19,751 bases of DNA from a virus (taxonomy: Duplodnaviria > Heunggongvirae > Uroviricota > Caudoviricetes), in IMG/VR virus record IMGVR_UViG_2734482585_000002; one strand, given 5' to 3'. The stretch's first letter is position 1. Each line of letters starts with the position of its first letter. Below, in pieces: positions 10,559 through 19,751 of this stretch. A program made the translations under genes and the position numbers. Below the pieces are notes generated by a model that searched no databases, was not told the origin of the DNA, and saw only the letters and a program-made list of their open reading frames with translations.

Positions 10559-10912
10559 TCAGCGGCGACGGTTAACGGCAGGCGGTACGCCCCGTCCAAG
10601 CCAGAGATGACAACTTCCGCCATCATCCGGCGAAACCCGATCTACCCAGAAATTTTCCTCACCGATGGTCAGCGTGTCTCCACGCCGCAGCTGCCGCACC
10701 TCATCAGTCCGGACAAACAGGGACGGGCTGGAGCCTTCAACGCGCACGCCCTGTCCGGCATAGCTGATATTTTCAGGGTCATCAAAAACACCACGTATCA
10801 CCGCACCTGACTGCTCACCGGATGTCATGGTGGCTGACGTTCCCATGTACCCGCGTATCGTTTCATCGGCGCGGGCAATGGCAGCATCGAACAGGTTATC
10901 GAAATCAGCCAC
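10559..10912 (-). CDS. FII: Head-tail joining protein FII
   Basis: 117 aa ORF MADFDNLFDAAIARADETIRGYMGTSATMTSGEQSG... Confidence 0.94.
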   Translation of the reverse strand: MADFDNLFDAAIARADETIRGYMGTSATMTSGEQSGAVIRGVFDDPENISYAGQGVRVEGSSPSLFVRTDEVRQLRRGDTLTIGEENFWVDRVSPDDGGSCHLWLGRGVPPAVNRRR

Positions 10913-10923
10913 AGCGCCTCCCG

Positions 10924-11322
10924 TTATTGCATTCTGGCCAGGCCGCGCTCTGTCATTTCGGCTGCCACACCGGCAGAGACACGAAACGCCGTTCCCGGCA
11001 GCACAAATGCCACAGGTTTATCCCGCGTGGCGTGAAGTGCATCAGTATGCAGCGTCACCAGTGCCACGACCGTGACCAGTTCAGCCGTATCCTGAATCAC
11101 GGTATCCGGCTGCGCTGATACCACCTCATTTTCATGCCCGGTCAGCACATTTTCCCGGCTGAGAGGGGTGTCCTGACCGGCAGTTTCATCCGTGTCATCA
11201 AGCTCTTCTTCCAGCTCTGCCACACGAAGCGCCAGTTCTTCTTTCGTTCCCGTCAAACTGACATCGCGGTTCAATTGCTCACCCAGCTCCTGAAGACGGG
11301 CAATCAGTTCATCTTTCGTCAT
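10924..11322 (-). CDS. FI: Head completion / DNA packaging protein FI
   Basis: Internal start MTKDELIARLQELGEQLNRDVSLTGTKEELALRVAELEEEL... gives 132 aa; GGAGGA RBS before that ATG. Confidence 0.92.
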   Translation of the reverse strand: MTKDELIARLQELGEQLNRDVSLTGTKEELALRVAELEEELDDTDETAGQDTPLSRENVLTGHENEVVSAQPDTVIQDTAELVTVVALVTLHTDALHATRDKPVAFVLPGTAFRVSAGVAAEMTERGLARMQ

Positions 11323-11363
11323 GAACTCCTCCACAGAGAGAAAATGGCCCCGAAGGGCCATGA

Positions 11364-12389
11364 TTACGCCAGTTGAACGGACACGAACTCATCAGGATCA
11401 GCCAGCAGCATCAGCGGTGCTGACTGAATCATGGTGAACTCACGCGCCGGATCGCCGGTGGTCACCCAGTTTTTCGGGTAACGGGCAGAAGCGTTAATGC
11501 CTTCGCGCTGTGCGTCCGCATCCTGAATGCAGCCATAGGTGCGCAGACCGCGAGCCTGAGTGTTCCCCAGCACCATCGTGTTGTCCGGCAGGAAGTTCTT
11601 TTTGACGCCGTTTTCCACGTACTGTCCGGAATACACGACGATGGCCACATCGCCATACATTCCCTTATAGGACACCGCTTTGCCCAGGTCTTTTACCGCT
11701 GTCTCCAGCTCGGAATGAGAGCCGCGACGGGTATCCAGCTTCTCCTTGACGGCTTTGAAGGAACGGAACAGCGCCCAGCCTTTCGGGTCAAACACGATGA
11801 TATTCACCACACCGCTGGCGTTCAGCGCGTAGGCTTCGATATCGTCGGTCGGGTCATACGTGGACTTGTCACGCTTGCTCCACTCCGTGACGCCGGACTG
11901 TGTGATGTTGTTCGCCGCACTGCGGCCCATATCCACCTCAACCGGATCGAAGGCTTCACCGGTCATGGTGTATTTGCCCTTGAGCACGGCAGAAACTGCC
12001 TGCATCTCTTCGACCTGAGCAATGGCCAGCTCTTCGTCACGCATGTTCTGCATGATGATGCGACGGCGGCGGTAAGCCGGGTCCGCCAGATTCTGCGGAT
12101 CTTCATCCGGCAGGCGACGCAGGGTCATCTGCGGATTCACCTCATGCTTGGGTTTGACATATCCCGGCGTAAATTCAGAGGTGGAGCCGCCACGGGAACG
12201 GATAACCTCACCGGAAACAATCGGCGAAACGTACAGCGCCATGTTTACCAGTCCCGGAATTTGTGAGAGATAGACTTTCTCCGTAGTGAAGGGATAGCTC
12301 TCACGGAAAAAGAGACGCAGAAACAGCGGATCAAACTTAAATTTCTGCTCATTTGCCGCCAGCAGCTGGGCGGTTGTGTACATCGACAT
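11364..12389 (-). CDS. E: Major capsid protein E
   Basis: Internal start MSMYTTAQLLAANEQKFKFDPLFLRLFFRESYPFTTEKVYL... gives 341 aa. Confidence 0.96.
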   Translation of the reverse strand: MSMYTTAQLLAANEQKFKFDPLFLRLFFRESYPFTTEKVYLSQIPGLVNMALYVSPIVSGEVIRSRGGSTSEFTPGYVKPKHEVNPQMTLRRLPDEDPQNLADPAYRRRRIIMQNMRDEELAIAQVEEMQAVSAVLKGKYTMTGEAFDPVEVDMGRSAANNITQSGVTEWSKRDKSTYDPTDDIEAYALNASGVVNIIVFDPKGWALFRSFKAVKEKLDTRRGSHSELETAVKDLGKAVSYKGMYGDVAIVVYSGQYVENGVKKNFLPDNTMVLGNTQARGLRTYGCIQDADAQREGINASARYPKNWVTTGDPAREFTMIQSAPLMLLADPDEFVSVQLA

Positions 12390-12444
12390 AAAAAAATCCC
12401 GTAAAAAAAGCCACACAGGCGGCCTTTAGTGATGAAGGGTAAAG

Positions 12445-12777
12445 TTAAACGATGCTGATTGCCGTTCCGGCAAACACGGTCCGTTTTTTCGTCTCGTCGC
12501 TGGCAGCCTCCGGCCAGAGCACATCCTCATAACGGAACGTGCCGGACTTGTAGAACGTCAGTGTGGTGCTGGTCTGGTCAGCAGCAACCGCAAGAATGCC
12601 AACGGCAGCACCGTCGGTGGTGCCATCCCACGCAACCAGCTTACGGGTGGAGGTGTCCAGCATCAGCGGGGTCATTGCAGGCGCTTTCGCACTCAATCCG
12701 CCGGGCGCGGTTGCGGTATGAGCCGGGTCACTATTGCCCAGCGGCTGGTAATGGGTAAAGGTTTCTTTGCTCGTCAT
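12445..12777 (-). CDS. D: Capsid decoration protein D
   Basis: Start [37 protein letters not shown]... gives 110 aa; begins 9 nt after the C stop. Confidence 0.95.
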   Translation of the reverse strand: MTSKETFTHYQPLGNSDPAHTATAPGGLSAKAPAMTPLMLDTSTRKLVAWDGTTDGAAVGILAVAADQTSTTLTFYKSGTFRYEDVLWPEAASDETKKRTVFAGTAISIV

Positions 12778-12786
12778 AAACATCCC

Positions 12787-13253
12787 TTACACTGGTGTGT
12801 TCAGCAAATCGTTAACGGCNNNNNNNNNNNNNNNNNNNNNNNNNNNNNNNNNNNNNNNNNNNNNNNNNNNNNNNNNNNNNNNNNNNNNNNNNNNNNNNNN
12901 NNNNNNNNNNNNNNNNNNNNNNNNNNNNNNNNNNNNNNNNNNNNNNNNNNNNNNNNNNNNNNNNNNNNNNNNNNNNNNNNNNNNNNNNNNNNNNNNNNNN
13001 NNNNNNNNNNNNNNNNNNNNNNNNNNNNNNNNNNNNNNNNNNNNNNNNNNNNNNNNNNNNNNNNNNNNNNNNNNNNNNNNNNNNNNNNNNNNNNNNNNNN
13101 NNNNNNNNNNNNNNNNNNNNNNNNNNNNNNNNNNNNNNNNNNNNNNNNNNGCGCCGCGCTGGCGTTCTCGCCCTCCGTCGCTTGCACCACGCCAGTAACG
13201 TCAGCCTGCGAAGCAGTGGCTGAAACAGTTGTTGATTGAGTCTCTTTGGTCAT
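12787..13253 (-). CDS. Nu3: Scaffolding protein Nu3, in-frame internal start within C; middle lost in the N-run
   Basis: ATG at 13251-13253 (MTKETQSTTVSATASQADVT...) preceded by AGGAGGG RBS; shares the C stop. Confidence 0.85.
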
Positions 13254-14157
13254 TCGCCCTCCTGAGAGACGGGATTTACGTGCATCCAGTGCATCACGCA
13301 TGACGGTGATCGCATCGGTACTGTTAACAAGTTCATCAGCCAGTCCGGCATCAATGGCCTCCTGACCGCTGTACACTGCAGCCTCGGTATCCAGCACAGC
13401 CTGCACGGACAGGCCGGTATATGCCGACACCTTCTGTGCAAACATCCGGCGGGTTGCATCCATCCGGGACTGCAATGTTTCCCGGACATCATCCGGTAGA
13501 TGGCTGTAGGGGTTGCCATCCACCTTATGGCTGCCGCTGTAAATCAGCGTGATTTCCACGCCCTGTTTCTCCAGTGCAGCGCCGTAATTACTGTGAGCCA
13601 TCATGACGCCGATGGAGCCTGTCCGGGCGGTCTGCGTGACCAGACGCCGGGAGGCGGCACTGGCAAGCAGCTGACCTGCGCTGCAGTTCATGTCATTGGC
13701 CAGCGCCCATACCGGCTTTATGTCACGCACACGGGCGATGATGTCAGCGCAGTCAAATGCTCCCGCCACCATTCCGCCCGGTGTGTCCATATCGAGCAGA
13801 ATGCCGTCCACCATCGGGTCGCTGGCAGCCTGTTGCAGACGGGCGATAATGCCGTTGTAACCGGTCATCCCCGAGTACGGCTGCAGCGCCCGCGTCCGGC
13901 TGACCAGCGTGCCGGACACCGGCAGCACGGCGATGCCGTTCATTACCTGATAACTGCGGGCCTGTCGTGGTCCGTCATCATCACCGGATAACGCCAGCGC
14001 CGCGGGTGCCTCTCCGGCAGTCAGGCTGTCGCCGGATACTGCATCCGTCAGGCAGCTGATCCCAAGCTGGCCTGCAAGCGCACAAAAGAAAACCCGCGCA
14101 TAGGCGGGTTCAAGCATCAGCGGCTCATTAAAAGCCATGCTGGCAATATGCGGGAGA

Positions 14158-14177
<20 letters not shown>
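12787..14177 (-). CDS. C: Prohead protease/scaffold protein C (ClpP/S49-like), interrupted by an N-run; GTG start
   Basis: VTAELRNLPHIASMAFNEPLMLEPAYARVFFCALAGQLGIS... from GTG at 14175-14177 with GGAGGAG RBS; C-terminus ...AVNDLLNTPV with stop at 12787-12789, read manually below the gap. The ORF-track frame is broken by the arbitrary gap length. Confidence 0.92.
12820..13150. other. Assembly gap (331 N) inside C/Nu3
   Basis: Run of n characters; the length is not frame-preserving, and C spans 1391 nt here against the 1320 nt I recall for lambda, so the gap size looks like an estimate. Confidence 0.99.
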
Positions 14178-17858
<3,681 letters not shown>

Positions 17859-17884
<26 letters not shown>

Positions 17885-18404
17885 TCAGCAACCCCGGTAT
17901 CAGTTCATCCAGCGCGGCTGCTTTGTTCATGGCTTTGATGATATCCCGTTTCAGGAAATCAACATGTCGGTTTTCCAGTTCCGGAAAACGCCGCTGCACC
18001 GACAGGGGGATCCCGTCGAGAATACTGGCAATTTCACCTGCGATCCGCGACAGCACGAAAGTACAGAATGCGGTTTCCACCACTTCAGCGGAGTCTCTGG
18101 CATTTTTCAGCTCCTGTGCGTCGGCCTGCGCACGCGTAAGTCGATGGCGTTCGTACTCAATAGTCCCTGGCTGGAGATCTGTCTCGCTGGCCTGCCGCAG
18201 TTCTTCAACTTCCCGGCGCAGCTTTTCGTTCTCAATTTCAGCATCCCTTTCGGCATACCATCTTATAACGGCGGCAGAGTCATAAAGCACCTCATTACCC
18301 TTGCCACCGCCTCGCAGAACGGGCATTCCCTGTTCCTGCCAGTTCTGAATGGTACGGATACTCGCACCGAAAATGTCAGCCAGCTGCTTTTTGTTGACTT
18401 CCAT
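17859..18404 (-). CDS. Nu1: Terminase small subunit Nu1
   Basis: 181 aa ORF MEVNKKQLADIFGASIRTIQNWQEQGMPVLRGGGKGNEVLYDSAAV...; ATG at 18402-18404. Confidence 0.96.
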
Positions 18405-18416
18405 TGTTCATTCCAC

Positions 18417-18541
18417 GGACAAAAACAGAGAAAGGAAACGACAGAGGCCAAAAAGCCCGTTTTCAGCACCTGTCGTTTCCTTTCTTTTCAGGGGGTGTTT
18501 TAAATAAAAACATTAGGTTACGGCGAAGAAGAACGGAAACG
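18417..18541 (-). promoter_or_regulatory. cosB terminase-binding region: R1 (~18427-18444), R2 (~18470-18487, inverted), I1 IHF-site region (~18491-18520), R3 (18524-18541)
   Basis: Three copies of the CGTTTCC(N)TTC element in the lambda arrangement; R1 and R2 form a 15-nt perfect inverted repeat (18430-18444 with 18470-18484); an AT-rich segment lies between R2 and R3. Confidence 0.85.
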
Positions 18542-18581
18542 CCTTAAACCGGAAAATTGTCATAAATAGCGAAAACCCGCG

Positions 18582-18593
18582 CGCCTTCCGCCC
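18582..18593 (-). promoter_or_regulatory. cosN cohesive-end 12-mer, variant: GGGCGGAAGGCG on the minus strand
   Basis: Flanking sequence on both sides (ggttacg / cgcgggttttcgc on the minus strand) matches the lambda cos junction as I recall it; the 12-mer sits between them. Confidence 0.8.
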
Positions 18594-18629
18594 CGTAACC
18601 TGTCGGATCGCCGGAAAGGACCCGCAAAA

Positions 18630-18644
18630 TGATAATAATTATCA
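18630..18644. promoter_or_regulatory. Perfect 7-1-7 palindrome TGATAAT-A-ATTATCA (Fur-box-like), candidate operator
   Basis: Read directly from the sequence; identical to the 7-1-7 Fur-box consensus TGATAATnATTATCA. Confidence 0.5.
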
Positions 18645-18792
18645 TCTACATGTCACAACGTGCATCTACGCCATCAAACCACGTCAAATAATCAATTATG
18701 ACGCAGGTATCGTATTAATTGATCTGCATCAACTTAACGTAAAAACAACTTCAGACAATACAAATCAGCGACACTGAATACAGGGCAACCTC

Positions 18793-19026
18793 ATGTCAAC
18801 GAAGAACAGAACCCGCAGAACAACAACCCGCAACATCCGCTTTCCTAACCAAATGATTGAACAAATTAACATCGCTCTTGTTCAAAAAGGGTCCGGGAAT
18901 TTCTCAGCCTGGGTCATTGAAGCCTGCCGCCGGAGACTGTGCTCAGAAAAAAGAGTTTCGCCTGAAGCAAACAAAGAAAAGAGTGACATTACTGAATTGC
19001 TCAGAAAACAGGTTAGACCAGATTGA
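18793..19026 (+). CDS. Small right-end accessory protein, YlcI/YnfO-like (DUF3950-like, possible ribbon-helix-helix fold), 77 aa
   Basis: ORF MSTKNRTRRTTTRNIRFPNQMIEQINIALVQKGSGNFSAWVIEACRRRL...; N-terminal ~50 aa match the small ORF next to cos in lambda and DLP12/Qin-type prophages as I recall them; weak AGGG RBS. Confidence 0.75.
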   Translation: MSTKNRTRRTTTRNIRFPNQMIEQINIALVQKGSGNFSAWVIEACRRRLCSEKRVSPEANKEKSDITELLRKQVRPD

Positions 19027-19083
19027 AGCAATTTAGATAATCGTGCAGACTACGCCCCCTCATATCACATGGAAGGTACTACA

Positions 19084-19494
19084 ATGGCTCAGGTTGCCAT
19101 TTTTAAACAAATATTCGATAAAGTGCGAAATAATTTAAACTATCACTGGTTTTATTCTGAACTAAAACGTCACAATGTCTCACATTACATTTACTATTTA
19201 GCCACAGAGAATATTCATCTTGTTCTTGAAAACGATAATACGGTTTTAATAAAAGGACAGGGTAAGGTTGTAAATGTAAGATTTTCAAAAAATAAATGCC
19301 TTATAGAAGCCACCTTAAAAGGATTCAAATCAGGAGAGTTATCATTTTACGAATACAGGAAAAATCTTGCTACAGCAGGGGTTTTCAGATGGATTACAAA
19401 TATCCACGAAAACAAAAGGTATTACTATACCTTTGATAATTCATTACTCTTTACTGAGAACATACAGAACACTACACAAATATTTCCGCACTAA
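19084..19494 (+). CDS. YbcV-like protein (DUF1398 family), function unknown, 136 aa
   Basis: [58 protein letters not shown]...; second ATG chosen because GGAAGG lies 7 nt upstream; roughly 75% identical to the lambda/DLP12 homolog as recalled. Confidence 0.8.
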   Translation: MAQVAIFKQIFDKVRNNLNYHWFYSELKRHNVSHYIYYLATENIHLVLENDNTVLIKGQGKVVNVRFSKNKCLIEATLKGFKSGELSFYEYRKNLATAGVFRWITNIHENKRYYYTFDNSLLFTENIQNTTQIFPH

Positions 19495-19751
19495 ATCATA
19501 ACGTCCGGTTTCTTCCGTGCCAGAACCGGACTCGCTGGCATGATGAAATATGTGTACCCGGTAACCCCGGTGTGCATCGTTTTTGATTATTCCCGCACAC
19601 TCGCGCAGAAGGAGTTCCCCGTCGGGCTACGGTCTCTGTTAATACGGGAATACGGCGACGATTGGATTTGCCCCTATATTTCCAGACATCTGTTATCACT
19701 TAACCCATTACAAGCCCGCTGCCGCAGATATTCCCGTGGCGAGCGATAACC

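Noticed and set aside
8829-12783. Upstream ORF-track start codons for V (9599), FI (11361), E (12416), D (12783) and the YbcV-like gene (19069)
   Set aside because: Internal starts give the exact lambda protein lengths and N-termini and have better-placed RBS sequences; the longer versions are caller extensions.
18430-18484. 15-nt perfect inverted repeat (gaaaggaaacgacag / ctgtcgtttcctttc) between Nu1 and cos, which could be taken for a novel hairpin or terminator
   Set aside because: It corresponds to the oppositely oriented R1 and R2 terminase-binding elements of cosB, a known architecture.
18690-18720. Possible sigma70 promoter for the YlcI-like gene (-10-like tattaat at 18713-18719)
   Set aside because: No acceptable -35 at 16-18 bp spacing; kept only as a note inside the Fur-box finding rather than as a feature.
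19504-19530. 7-bp inverted repeat (tccggtt ... aaccgga) just after the YbcV-like stop, as a possible intrinsic terminator
   Set aside because: The loop is 13 nt and there is no U-tract after the stem; weak evidence at best.
19496-19749. ORFs 19540..19749 (+, 69 aa) and 19496..19699 (-, 67 aa)
   Set aside because: No convincing RBS, odd composition, mutually overlapping, and the 5' part lies in sequence that resembles lambda noncoding DNA; the minus-strand frame near the window edge might be the tail of a real gene but cannot be judged from about 100 nt.

Overview
This window is the reverse complement of the late (morphogenesis) region of a phage-lambda-like prophage, running across an internal cos site. 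From my own reading of the six-frame translations, the minus strand carries a contiguous, overlapping run of genes that match lambda almost residue for residue: J (3' end cut by the window edge), I, K, L, M, H, G/G-T, V, U, Z, FII, FI, E, D, C/Nu3, B, W, A and Nu1. After Nu1 comes the cos site (cosB R1/R2/I1/R3 and cosN), then two small plus-strand accessory genes at the phage right end (a YlcI/YnfO-like small protein and a YbcV/DUF1398-like protein). Two N-runs (1164-1443 and 12820-13150) are assembly gaps inside J and C/Nu3. All lambda comparisons are from memory, not a database search. I do not see a clearly novel multi-gene system. The points most worth a second look are a perfect 7-1-7 Fur-box-like palindrome beside cos, a cosN 12-mer that differs from lambda in its distal half, an in-frame loss in K that removes the HxH of its JAMM motif, and the uncharacterised two-gene right-end cassette whose flanks diverge from lambda. 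No tRNA, rRNA, CRISPR array, integrase or att site is evident.
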